64,000 nt of DNA from a virus (taxonomy: Duplodnaviria; Heunggongvirae; Uroviricota; Caudoviricetes): positions 67,877 through 131,876 of the IMG/VR virus record IMGVR_UViG_3300028603_000019; one strand, given 5' to 3'. The translations under genes were made by a program, and so were the position numbers. The first letter of the stretch is position 1. Every line of letters starts with the position of its first letter. Below, one piece after another: positions 27,414 to 36,371 of the stretch. The notes under the pieces were generated by a model. The model saw nothing but the letters and a program-made list of their open reading frames with translations, did no database searches and was not told the DNA's origin.

Positions 27414-27799
27414 TTACCGACAACCAACGGACCATCAAAGTTATTCTCTCGACCCCAAACTTGAGCTTCACCACGGGAAGAATCATGACCGCAGGAGGGG
27501 ATAATCGTGTAGATCACGTCTCCGGTTTCCATGTCCGCGATTCGAAAGTCATCATAGAGACGACCGTAAACCGGGCAGTTGTTCTTGAACCACACATAGC
27601 TGGTCTCGGTATTGATCTTCGGCGACTTCATCAGCTGAAGCATCTTCTTGCCGAGTTTCCGCGTCTTGTTCCGCAGCGAGGTGTCTCGGCAGAACCAATC
27701 ATACCAACCGGCTTTCACCTGTGTATCAAACGACGGATTTTCAAAATCACCAGCCTTGAATTTTTCGGCCCAGGTTTCGATATTCACAGACTTACACAT
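27374..27799 (-). CDS. hypothetical protein
   Basis: 141-aa ORF. A sigma70-like TTGACA-N17-TAAGGT lies upstream. Confidence 0.35.
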   Translation of the reverse strand: MCKSVNIETWAEKFKAGDFENPSFDTQVKAGWYDWFCRDTSLRNKTRKLGKKMLQLMKSPKINTETSYVWFKNNCPVYGRLYDDFRIADMETGDVIYTIIPSCGHDSSRGEAQVWGRENNFDGPLVVGKWKDVKEFFLSGS

Positions 27800-27860
27800 G
27801 ATCTTCTCCCTTTCTCTGAGACTACCTTAGCTTAGAAATTAGGTCTTGTCAAGCCAGAAA

Positions 27861-28094
27861 TTATGTGCCGACTCGCCTACACACTCCCCTGACTATCAAA
27901 TCTTGATTACCAAACTCTGCTCGAAACAGCGGTTCAAATTCCGGTCTTTTCATATCACGGATCATCTGGGCAGTTCGGATTTCACAGTTTTCTTGTGTGA
28001 CATGGGGACCCCATAAATCGGTAAGTGCTTGACACGATTCATAATCTACATTGCCCAGATTGATTGCACAGACAATCACGATTGCTTCAAACAT
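27861..28094 (-). CDS. hypothetical Cys-containing protein
   Basis: 77-aa ORF. Confidence 0.3.
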   Translation of the reverse strand: MFEAIVIVCAINLGNVDYESCQALTDLWGPHVTQENCEIRTAQMIRDMKRPEFEPLFRAEFGNQDLIVRGVCRRVGT

Positions 28095-28273
28095 CTGATT
28101 CTCCTTTCATCATGGCATCGCGGAAATATGTGTGTCTTCCACATTTCCTACAACGGCAAAACACCATACTGCCCGTGCCTATCGTTTCGGATCCCCAGGT
28201 AGTTCACAGCGAGATTCGCCCGTGTCCTCCCACACATGAAAACATCCGTGCCAGAGAAATTCAAGAAGGCGTT

Positions 28274-28549
28274 TCATTTTTTCACATCCAGGGCGGTTTC
28301 CATCAGAGACAGAAATGCTTCGTGTTTGTGTTTCAGATCGGCATGTTCTTGAGTCAGTTCCTTGTGGGCGTCTGCCAGCTTGATAATCTCGTCTGAATTC
28401 AAGCCGAGAATTTCTTTAATCAGGACAAATAGGAGTCCCTCATTGACCAGAAATTCCTGCATCCCTGATCCTACTTCTGCAGTGATTGTCGCGGAACCAT
28501 CTTCATGTTCCACAATCTTTTCAACTTCAAATGATAGGTCCGTGTTCAT
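28274..28549 (-). CDS. hypothetical protein
   Basis: 91-aa ORF. Confidence 0.3.
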   Translation of the reverse strand: MNTDLSFEVEKIVEHEDGSATITAEVGSGMQEFLVNEGLLFVLIKEILGLNSDEIIKLADAHKELTQEHADLKHKHEAFLSLMETALDVKK

Positions 28550-28740
28550 TATTCCACCACCAACGCATCAACAATTTCATAGCCATTTGGTGACAAATCT
28601 TCCAGATATTCATCACCGACATATTCCTCATAAATCCGGCTGGTTTTGTCCCAGACGACCTTCTTGAGAACAGGTCGCACTTCACGATATCCATGATCCC
28701 AATCAGAAACCAGTAGTGGAGGAACTTTCACTTGTGTCAA
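28549..28740 (-). CDS. hypothetical protein
   Basis: 63-aa ORF. Confidence 0.3.
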   Translation of the reverse strand: MTQVKVPPLLVSDWDHGYREVRPVLKKVVWDKTSRIYEEYVGDEYLEDLSPNGYEIVDALVVE

Positions 28741-28964
28741 ATTTCATACTCCCCTTTATCACCCGGGCTGCTCATGTTGTCACGACGAGCCCGAGTTTCC
28801 TCATAAGCATCTGCTGGTGGATATCCAAGTTCCACCAATAACCTCTCCATAACGAAGGCAATCTGTTCTGGAGACGGCTGAACACCGTGACCAGATCGCA
28901 GCATCCTGATCATGCCCCTTGCCCTCGCCGCCACCAGATTAATATTGGTCATTCTCCGAACCAC
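28737..28964 (-). CDS. hypothetical protein
   Basis: 75-aa ORF. Confidence 0.3.
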   Translation of the reverse strand: MVRRMTNINLVAARARGMIRMLRSGHGVQPSPEQIAFVMERLLVELGYPPADAYEETRARRDNMSSPGDKGEYEI

Positions 28965-30106
28965 TCCACTACAGCATCATACCGAGCACCGTTTCCGAGT
29001 TGAGTTTTCACGTATTCCAACACGGAAGTCCGAATGTCCGTTACCTTTCCATCAAGGACACCAAAGATAAACTTGGCATCTTGTTTGTATGCCAAATTCG
29101 GGACCAGTTCCAGAGCGACACGTTTCTTGTTTCCATCTAGAGCGTGTGCCCTTTCCATAAGGTGGTTCAAGCGAGCCACTACCCGCTGGACACCCGCATT
29201 GAACCAGGTCTCATAATCCCGGATCCGCTTCACATCAACTTCATCGAGGATGCTGATCAGATCGTCCACTTCCTCATGGACGATGATATCCGCGATATGG
29301 CGATCTTCCCGAATCCGATCTTTGACTTTATGGATTCGGACATATTCATCAGCTTTCACCTTGATCATGTGACCATCATTGAACCGAATCACAACACCTT
29401 CACGACCTTCCAGTTTTCGGATGGTCTCGACAAAATCTTCCGGTTTGGTCTCTACAGAGCCATGGGCCACTACCTTATCAAAGAACGGCACGGGAACATT
29501 CAGATATTCTCCGGTCAGGTTGTTCCGGACCGCAAGTAGGATCAGCTTCGGTTCCTCGTAGTTGAGGACGATCTTGTTGGTCGGAGAGACGTATTCAAAG
29601 ATCGGTGTTAGTCCACGCCAGACCATGTCGTGGCGCAGGAAATCCGCTTGCCGACGGCTCAACAGTTTTGCGGCATCTTCCGCGATATCAGTCACGCCCA
29701 TTTTGGTCGCGAGATATAGGACACCCTTCGGGTCGACCAGTGGGCGTATCATCGATCCATCTTCCTTTTCCAGGAGTTGATGGGCATCTTCAAAATTCAC
29801 GGACGACAGACCTGTCTCTGGTCGCTCTCCCACGTTGAAAAATTTGTGGAATGGCCGGGAAACAAGGTCACCGCGCTTGTTGAAGATTAGTCCACGACAT
29901 TCTCGTCGGATTGCGCCCAGGACATCATCCGGGCCTGTCATTTCAAAGGTATCCGCCATTGCCACGACATAGTTGACAACGGTATACCATTCACGTTCGG
30001 CAACGATGAATTCCCCACGACCTTCAATCGCAGGCATCACGTCACGGATGGTCTTGATCTTTGGAAACGGATATTTCATCATTGAACCTTGTATTGAAGG
30101 AGACAT
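28949..30106 (-). CDS. rnlA: RNA ligase 1 (T4 RnlA-like)
   Basis: Motif I lysine in QLLEKEDGSMIRP (the KxDG of T4 Rnl1). 385 aa versus 374 aa for T4 Rnl1. Confidence 0.65.
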   Translation of the reverse strand: MSPSIQGSMMKYPFPKIKTIRDVMPAIEGRGEFIVAEREWYTVVNYVVAMADTFEMTGPDDVLGAIRRECRGLIFNKRGDLVSRPFHKFFNVGERPETGLSSVNFEDAHQLLEKEDGSMIRPLVDPKGVLYLATKMGVTDIAEDAAKLLSRRQADFLRHDMVWRGLTPIFEYVSPTNKIVLNYEEPKLILLAVRNNLTGEYLNVPVPFFDKVVAHGSVETKPEDFVETIRKLEGREGVVIRFNDGHMIKVKADEYVRIHKVKDRIREDRHIADIIVHEEVDDLISILDEVDVKRIRDYETWFNAGVQRVVARLNHLMERAHALDGNKKRVALELVPNLAYKQDAKFIFGVLDGKVTDIRTSVLEYVKTQLGNGARYDAVVEWFGE

Positions 30107-30324
30107 GACTTGGCAAGACCAAGCGCTGCATGGAGATCTGTCGAGGAAGATTCTTCTGAAAGAACCGTCACGGTCGGCATCTTGGCTTCGATCAGACCCC
30201 GAAGGACATAGCGGATCACGTTGTAGCCCGAGGAAGCGTCGTGATTGGTCTCATACGACTGAAGGGCTTGGGTGACCAGTTGCGGAAACGGATCATAACC
30301 GCGGTTCATGTAGGGGTCGGTCAC
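30079..30324 (-). CDS. hypothetical protein
   Basis: 81-aa ORF. Confidence 0.3.
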   Translation of the reverse strand: MTDPYMNRGYDPFPQLVTQALQSYETNHDASSGYNVIRYVLRGLIEAKMPTVTVLSEESSSTDLHAALGLAKSCLLQYKVQ

Positions 30325-30527
30325 CGGCCAATCTCCGCCTTGACTTCTTCCGCGGTCATGACACGAAAGCCGCCGTTCTGGCCAAAATCACAAATGGCCA
30401 TCCCATTCTTGCGGAGCGAAACCCAAGCCATCTTCCTCTTAGCGTTTCCCAGGTGCCCATGGCCATTTTTCTTGCGAAACTCGGAAACTTCAGGGGACTC
30501 GAAGGCGACGTTGAAGAGGTTGGACAT
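30321..30527 (-). CDS. hypothetical protein
   Basis: 68-aa ORF. Confidence 0.3.
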   Translation of the reverse strand: MSNLFNVAFESPEVSEFRKKNGHGHLGNAKRKMAWVSLRKNGMAICDFGQNGGFRVMTAEEVKAEIGR

Positions 30528-30696
30528 TGGATTCTACCTTTCTCTCTGGTTATTCTGAAAATATATCATAACTGAGATTCAGGCAACCAATTTCTTCAAA
30601 AATTATCCATTCTTGTCGATGAATTTCTGAAATCCAAATTCAATGAGTTTGGCAACACCGTAGATAGCCCCGATGAAGGTGACCAGCAGGATCAGA

Positions 30697-30945
30697 TCAA
30701 GGATCATTATTCAATTCCTCTAATTTGGAGATTCCGTCTTGAGTAAGCACGAAGCTGATCCGCGGTCTGCCTCGCCCAGGATACTTAGTCGACACGCGGC
30801 TGATCATGTTCATATCTTCCAGTGCCAGTGAATAGTATCTGGAAGATGCTGCTCCACTCACCGAGACCAATTCCAACTCTTTGAGAAGATCATCTGGTCG
30901 CTCACGAATCGGTTTTCTTCCCAGGTGTCTATTGTTCATCTTCAA
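30697..30945 (-). CDS. hypothetical protein
   Basis: 82-aa ORF. Confidence 0.3.
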   Translation of the reverse strand: MKMNNRHLGRKPIRERPDDLLKELELVSVSGAASSRYYSLALEDMNMISRVSTKYPGRGRPRISFVLTQDGISKLEELNNDP

Positions 30946-31144
30946 ATCTCACAGTCATCTTTCCCTGTTCCAGGGCGTTCTTGATCCATGTATTAGTTGC
31001 ATAGACACATGTTCCTATTGTGATCGCTTGTTCATCTGTGACTGTCACAAATTTATAGTGAGCGGGCGGCATCACCTGAAATCCATTTTCCACGATGAAA
31101 AACTGCTTGTCCGTCACATCATAAACTTCTTCCTCGTCACTCAT
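30929..31144 (-). CDS. hypothetical protein
   Basis: 71-aa ORF. Confidence 0.3.
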   Translation of the reverse strand: MSDEEEVYDVTDKQFFIVENGFQVMPPAHYKFVTVTDEQAITIGTCVYATNTWIKNALEQGKMTVRFEDEQ

Positions 31145-31499
31145 CGGCTGGTTTCAGTGGTGTGAACCCTTCGAGAGTTTCCGTTCTCGGAGTAGGTGTC
31201 ACGATTATCACTGGTGTCCGATTGTCCCTATATTCCTGGAGTGCGGGGTTCTCCATCGGGACGATTGCTCGTTTGGACTGGACATTTCCGCTTGTGGACA
31301 TCATGACGATGAACAGGAGGCCCACGAGAATGATTATTTCGTGTTTCAGATCCTTGAGCCACTTGGTCTCAAGGGGCCTGATCCCTGTGCGATAATGATA
31401 TCGGATGACCCGATACAGAGTCACCACAAGGATGCTGACAAAGATGATCTGAATCAGTGAAATGAGATATGGAATCAGGTACCACTCCATCGTGAACAT
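31137..31499 (-). CDS. membrane protein
   Basis: Two hydrophobic segments (LIPYLISLIQIIFVSILVVTLY and IIILVGLLFIVMM). Confidence 0.35.
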   Translation of the reverse strand: MFTMEWYLIPYLISLIQIIFVSILVVTLYRVIRYHYRTGIRPLETKWLKDLKHEIIILVGLLFIVMMSTSGNVQSKRAIVPMENPALQEYRDNRTPVIIVTPTPRTETLEGFTPLKPADE

Positions 31500-31559
31500 C
31501 AGCGACCTCCGTTATCGGTATTGAACATGCGATTGTGCAATCCTGGAGATCCGACCATT

Positions 31560-32417
31560 TCAACCGGGAAGAACACGGCATTTTTCATTGCGGGCCATTT
31601 CTTTCAGGGCTTCTAGTTCCAGATAGCGGATCAGCTCGGGAGTTACTCCAGCGGCCAGGATATCATTGGCTTCCGCGATCGTTTGGGCAGCCAGGAGATC
31701 AGCTTCACGCTCGGCCCTACGAACTTCTAGGAGAGCCTGTGCCTCTCGGATCCTCACTTGGGCATCAGCCTCTGCCCGTTCAATATCAATCCGGCGACGT
31801 TGAGCTTGTTCCATGGCCTCGATCACGACGGTAGGATATCGGATTTCAGCGAGACCGAACTGCCTGACTTCCAGAGGGGTTCGAGCAAGTGCCTGGTCGA
31901 TATTCCTCCGAAGATGTTCACTGACCGCAGCCTGATTATTTGCCAGTTCGGAAATCGAATATTCAGAGAGGGTTGACCGGACAACATTTCGGACAATAGC
32001 GGCACCATAGACGTTGTACACGTTGTCGATGGTCGTCCCATAGTTCCCGGACGGCAGGCGCTCTGGTGTCACCCGGTCGAACACCTGAAGCAGTTGTTCA
32101 TTTTGCCTTGCAAGTGACAGCGTGAAACCTATATTAACGTCGATGGCAAGATTATCCCGAGGCATCAAGATATTCATTGCCTCGTTCATCCCAACATCGG
32201 ATGCCTCAATCACGACCAATTGTGGGCACAATGCGATGCACCTATCCAGGCGGAATCGACTCGGAGGTATGATGTCTCCCTGGTACCCGGAAGCGCCAAG
32301 GACCATGCCGACCGAAGCTGGTGGAACTTCAACCCGTTGACCAAGAAGTGGGTAACACCCGGAGAGAAATGCTGTTGCGACGCCCAGGAGCGCGAGACGA
32401 CGAAATGTGGTTTTCAT
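31560..32417 (-). CDS. SPFH/band-7 (prohibitin/stomatin-like) lipoprotein
   Basis: Lipobox LALLGVATAFLSGC; SPFH-like core; C-terminal Ala/Glu-rich coiled coil. Confidence 0.65.
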   Translation of the reverse strand: MKTTFRRLALLGVATAFLSGCYPLLGQRVEVPPASVGMVLGASGYQGDIIPPSRFRLDRCIALCPQLVVIEASDVGMNEAMNILMPRDNLAIDVNIGFTLSLARQNEQLLQVFDRVTPERLPSGNYGTTIDNVYNVYGAAIVRNVVRSTLSEYSISELANNQAAVSEHLRRNIDQALARTPLEVRQFGLAEIRYPTVVIEAMEQAQRRRIDIERAEADAQVRIREAQALLEVRRAEREADLLAAQTIAEANDILAAGVTPELIRYLELEALKEMARNEKCRVLPG

Positions 32418-32620
32418 TGAAATTCCTTCAGTTGTTGTTCAAGAATGAGATTTTGTTTGCGAGCATTGTCCACTTCCAGTTGGAGAAGCTCAAATTCCAA
32501 ATTACGGATATCCCTGTGACTGCCGACGGACTTCTCAATATCATCCATCGCGGCTATGACGAGCAAGCAACCGAAAATAATGATAATGACCCAGCCTGTG
32601 CCCACCCAAAATACTTTCAC
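32414..32620 (-). CDS. small membrane protein with coiled coil (possible NfeD-like SPFH partner)
   Basis: N-terminal TM segment WVIIIIFGCLLVIAA followed by a coiled coil; translationally coupled to the SPFH gene. Confidence 0.35.
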   Translation of the reverse strand: MKVFWVGTGWVIIIIFGCLLVIAAMDDIEKSVGSHRDIRNLEFELLQLEVDNARKQNLILEQQLKEFQ

Positions 32621-32853
32621 GATTTGTCCTCTTTTGCAAAGAATCCATAGTAAACTCCAGCCGCGCCGAGAATGATACCCGCAATGAACCAGTCCACGCT
32701 CACCGGAAACACGACTAGAAGAAAGGTGACAACGATGGTTGCCCGAAACATGAAGTGGGCGAACGGTTTTCTTGCCGTGTTATAGGCGAGGATAGTGAAT
32801 AGGCCCATGAGCAGCGGCACCCAGAACATCTCCAGGAACTGCTCAATTTCCAT
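32617..32853 (-). CDS. membrane protein
   Basis: Multi-TM hydrophobic ORF, start trimmed. Confidence 0.3.
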   Translation of the reverse strand: MEIEQFLEMFWVPLLMGLFTILAYNTARKPFAHFMFRATIVVTFLLVVFPVSVDWFIAGIILGAAGVYYGFFAKEDKS

Positions 32854-33091
32854 TGGTGTCAGATTTTCCAAATTCAAGATCCTTTCGACGACGAAATTCC
32901 AGATACAAGCCACGAAACAGAGCGGCCACAGAGAAGATCACTATCAATGTCATTTGTTCTTGAAACAGGATGATCAAGAGAAATGTCACAGCAGACCACG
33001 CGGTCAGCCACCTGAACCACCAATGGTAGCAAAAGAAATACACAAAAGCGATGGTGAGCGCCAGACTTTGTTGGGCTTCGTCCATGATCAT
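32843..33091 (-). CDS. membrane protein
   Basis: Start at MIMDEAQQ overlapping the PTH2 stop. Hydrophobic segments follow. Confidence 0.3.
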   Translation of the reverse strand: MIMDEAQQSLALTIAFVYFFCYHWWFRWLTAWSAVTFLLIILFQEQMTLIVIFSVAALFRGLYLEFRRRKDLEFGKSDTNGN

Positions 33092-33095
33092 TCTC

Positions 33096-33455
33096 CTACA
33101 GGAGTTTGAGGTGCCCCGTGATCGGTTCCAGATTTTCATCTGTATCTGGGCCAACTGCCAGCGCCGTCCACGTGGGAACATGATTGAACATCGTCCTGCC
33201 AGCATCTTGGATTGGTGCCGCAATTAGACCCGCGTCCTCGGCCGCTCTACACACCTGAAACAGTTCCTCCTCGGACTCCACCCGGACACAAATTTTCGTG
33301 AAGATGCCCGCTAGCCATTCCTTAACGCGTTCGTCGTCCATGTTCTCCAAGGTAGCCTTCATAGAAGCATGAGCACCTTGACTGACCATCTTTCCAGCGG
33401 TCATTCCAAGATCCTTGCGGATCACGATCACTTGTTTCAAGTTTTCTTCTCCCAT
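33096..33455 (-). CDS. peptidyl-tRNA hydrolase, PTH2 family (archaeal/eukaryotic type)
   Basis: 119 aa. LGMTAGKMVSQGAHAS ... TKICVRVESEEEL ... AAPIQDAGRTMFNHVPTWTALAVGP follows the PTH2 fold pattern. Confidence 0.6.
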   Translation of the reverse strand: MGEENLKQVIVIRKDLGMTAGKMVSQGAHASMKATLENMDDERVKEWLAGIFTKICVRVESEEELFQVCRAAEDAGLIAAPIQDAGRTMFNHVPTWTALAVGPDTDENLEPITGHLKLL

Positions 33456-33955
33456 GTGCCCGTCAGCGATAGGATATGCTTCATGTGCTTCGCAAGCATC
33501 CCGTTCTCGGCATCAGTCTTGACGAACCGCTTGATGCCTAAGACACCGTTGAACCGATAGTCTGTATCATCGATGATCACGAAGTCATCGTAGGCACCAA
33601 GACAGGCTTCAAGGAAATGCTTGACTTCATGTGCCCGTCCGTCGATTGAACTCACCGGAGTATCGTTCGGATTGGTCTTCCAGTTGGGATAGGGGAAATT
33701 TCCCCGGAACCCCGCGTTCCTGAAACTGGACAGCATCCAGTGGAATATCGTTGTATCCAACCTGTTCAGATTATTCTTCCACGTGGAGCTTAGCACGAAG
33801 TCGATGTTGTGCTTGTCGTGAAGCCGGTTAAGAAAATCAACAGCGACTGGATCAAACTTATCCCACATTGGTTGTCCACATGAGGTCGCGCCCATGTGCA
33901 CCCGTGTGGAAGCGAATACCCCATCAATGTCAAGGAAGATCACGTATTTTTTCAC
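33437..33955 (-). CDS. HAD-superfamily phosphatase
   Basis: Motif I FLDIDGV near the N-terminus. Confidence 0.45.
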   Translation of the reverse strand: MKKYVIFLDIDGVFASTRVHMGATSCGQPMWDKFDPVAVDFLNRLHDKHNIDFVLSSTWKNNLNRLDTTIFHWMLSSFRNAGFRGNFPYPNWKTNPNDTPVSSIDGRAHEVKHFLEACLGAYDDFVIIDDTDYRFNGVLGIKRFVKTDAENGMLAKHMKHILSLTGTWEKKT

Positions 33956-34461
33956 GGTGCCATTTCCACTTTCTGAATATCCGCATTGGTGAAGCGATCA
34001 GTGAGCGAGGTGAGGAAGATAGTATCTTCCGGATCAAATCCCTGGTCAAGATACTCTGTCGCTTTGGGTGCTCCAGAGCCGACCACGATTCGGCAGTCTC
34101 TGATATAGGTGCGGTCTGCTTTGACCCTGTAGATTTTCAGGTGACCGACGAAGAATTTCATCGTCATGATCTGCACACGAACAGTCCCGTCTTTGTATTC
34201 GAGGACTGAAGTCTGATCGGTCCCAATAACCTTTCCGTCAACCGGAAGAAACATGAACCGCCACTTGCCAAGATTCCAGACCAGATTTCGAGCGAATGCT
34301 TCAACGACTCGAAAAGTTCCGGCGCCGGAAACTGCATGATTTTCACTGATCTCAAAAATCTTGGAAATCTTCCGTGTTCTGACGATGTTATTGTTGACAT
34401 CAAGATCGGAGATTTGGGTATCGGCCCAAAATGTTCCATTATCGTAGATGATCACTGTCAC
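33952..34461 (-). CDS. HslV/proteasome-beta-like Ntn hydrolase
   Basis: N-terminal MTVIIYDNG (Thr directly after Met); GAGTFRVVEAFARNL and IVVGSGAPKATEY parallel HslV GFAGGTADAF and IAIGSGGPYA. Confidence 0.45.
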   Translation of the reverse strand: MTVIIYDNGTFWADTQISDLDVNNNIVRTRKISKIFEISENHAVSGAGTFRVVEAFARNLVWNLGKWRFMFLPVDGKVIGTDQTSVLEYKDGTVRVQIMTMKFFVGHLKIYRVKADRTYIRDCRIVVGSGAPKATEYLDQGFDPEDTIFLTSLTDRFTNADIQKVEMAP

Positions 34462-34513
34462 GGAGAAACTCCTATCAACTTGAGACCATCTTAGTCTATT
34501 TCTGAAAAGAAGT

Positions 34514-34708
34514 CTAGTCGGTCGTCGTCAGCAAATTCAGAATTTGCTGTTTCGTTTCCCAGATTGATTTCCCATATACTTGAGCTATCTCATGTACATT
34601 GCCGTCAACGGTTCTGATCAACACATGAGTATGGTGACATGAAAGTGTAACTGAAATTACATGATCTGGATTGAGAGCCACATCAGTTGAAAGGTCCACT
34701 ATTGCCAT
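34514..34708 (-). CDS. hypothetical protein (start trimmed)
   Basis: Internal Met MAIVDL just after the upstream stop. Confidence 0.3.
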   Translation of the reverse strand: MAIVDLSTDVALNPDHVISVTLSCHHTHVLIRTVDGNVHEIAQVYGKSIWETKQQILNLLTTTD

Positions 34709-34709
34709 A

Positions 34710-35108
34710 TCAGATGTTCCATGTCCAAGGTTTGTGCCACTGCCAATACACATGCGGAACGTGCTTTCTGTTCCATTTGTTGTGGAACACGACTCGATCT
34801 TCAAAAGTCTCAACATCCGCCGCTGTATTGAGATAAACTTGAATTTCCTTTGATAACCTCTTGATCATATCCTTGACGACCTTCTTGGCACCAGAGTGAT
34901 CAATGGACCACCCCAGGATTTTGATCTTAATCTTTCCGCGGTCAATAGTTCCTCTTACAGAACATACTGGGTTGTCGCGACTCATAAAGAATATGTCGAG
35001 GGCGAACTCTTTCCCTCCACCCAAACTGTCAAATTTTGTGATGAATCTTTGAGCATCTGGATCATCCTGAAAGAAATTATCTACAATTGGTTCAATTTTC
35101 AGGGCCAT
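34710..35108 (-). CDS. hypothetical protein
   Basis: 132-aa ORF. Confidence 0.35.
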   Translation of the reverse strand: MALKIEPIVDNFFQDDPDAQRFITKFDSLGGGKEFALDIFFMSRDNPVCSVRGTIDRGKIKIKILGWSIDHSGAKKVVKDMIKRLSKEIQVYLNTAADVETFEDRVVFHNKWNRKHVPHVYWQWHKPWTWNI

Positions 35109-35356
35109 GATTTAGAGCCTTTCAGCCACCACATCTTGAATTTCTCCCGCCATGACAGATTCGATGCTAGAATTTTCCTCTCAAGATCAGTCTTATCAAA
35201 TGTGCCCAATAGGGGAGCGCACGACTCTACGAAATTTTCAACTTTCCGTTTAGCATGCCTATCAGTAATTTCCCAGTCGGAACACGACATGAAAAACCCC
35301 GGCCGATATGAGGAAACAGCGATCAAAACACGAGCCACCTTCTCGCCATCAAACAA
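35099..35356 (-). CDS. hypothetical protein (start uncertain)
   Basis: 85-aa ORF with a non-ATG start. A competing 45-aa ATG ORF lies at about 35323..35460. Confidence 0.2.
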   Translation of the reverse strand: MFDGEKVARVLIAVSSYRPGFFMSCSDWEITDRHAKRKVENFVESCAPLLGTFDKTDLERKILASNLSWREKFKMWWLKGSKSWP

Positions 35357-35449
35357 GAGATCAAACGTCCCGCCATAGGGTATGCCCTCATCATAGACGC
35401 GAATGGACCATGCGAGATTTCATCTCGTAGGAAGAATTTGATAATATGT

Positions 35450-35881
35450 TCAAATTTCATAGACCACCCATTCCACATCGGGCGCTTCATTTTCGAGGAT
35501 AGCAGCGATCACATTCCAATCTCCGCCACCAAGGCCGGCTCCGATTTTTGGGATTGCAATTGATTGACCACCCATGATTCTTCCGCATTTCTCCGCGATG
35601 GTCGCAACTGCCCAATATGAGACATGAACACCAGTCTTACCATATCCGTCTTGAGTCATCGCATTGATGATCACTTTCTCATCATCCTGAACGGAGACTA
35701 CCATGGAACCCAGTTCCAGACCATCGCGATTATATTTCTCCCGATAGTCTTCATATGCCTGTGGCCACTTCTCACGAATTAACTTGGCAACACCAGATCC
35801 CATCACTCCTCGACAGTTGCAGCCATGCAGGATCATTCTTTCGGGCGCTTCCAGTAGATCGCCTTTCACATATCGAATCAT
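35450..35881 (-). CDS. Macro-domain protein (ADP-ribose binding/processing)
   Basis: HGCNCRGVMGSGVAKLI and GQSIAIPKIGAGLGGG match the macro-domain motifs; 143 aa. Confidence 0.7.
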   Translation of the reverse strand: MIRYVKGDLLEAPERMILHGCNCRGVMGSGVAKLIREKWPQAYEDYREKYNRDGLELGSMVVSVQDDEKVIINAMTQDGYGKTGVHVSYWAVATIAEKCGRIMGGQSIAIPKIGAGLGGGDWNVIAAILENEAPDVEWVVYEI

Positions 35882-35887
35882 GATTTC

Positions 35888-36271
35888 CTATCCCAGTAGG
35901 TGTTGGTGAACTTCAAAGATCACAAGGTCTCCTTCGTCCACAGTCAATGAATTTTCGGGAAGAACATAGTATCCCGGCGGCGGGACCACAGTCAGTGTAT
36001 CCGGTTCAAATCCAGGTCCGGCATCATAGATGAACTCAAACTCCAGACCATCATATGTAAGATTGAACATGAAAACCAGTTCATCGGTTCGGTTGCTCAT
36101 CATGGACATTTCGTTTTGGTACACAATGTCCGCAAAGTGATCACCAGACGGATCACGAATTTCGATATAAGTGAGATTCGGTCAATCCCATGAAATCCTG
36201 CTCCGCTCCGAAGCATGAGAGGGAACTGTCATCAGCAAGCTGACTACTAACAGGATCATCAGGGTTTTCAT
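35888..36271 (-). CDS. secreted small protein interrupted by an in-frame TGA (read-through candidate or pseudogene)
   Basis: AAGGGAGAG SD then ATG at 36271. Signal peptide MKTLMILLVVSLLMTVPSHA, then TGA at 36184..36182 in the UGA-C context. The same frame continues into the track ORF 35888..36124. Confidence 0.4.
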
Positions 36272-36371
36272 GGGTCTCTCCCTTAGGTCAAGGCGACATA
36301 TCCAACCAGTATAACACCCAGGAAGGCGATGATCAAATATATTGCGGCGTCATTATCTTCGTTGTTATTAC

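Noticed and set aside
28095-28273. Two CxxC mini-ORFs (32 and 26 aa) in the gap between genes 27861..28094 and 28274..28549
   Set aside because: Too short to call with confidence and no RBS. Noted only as possible zinc-ribbon micro-proteins.
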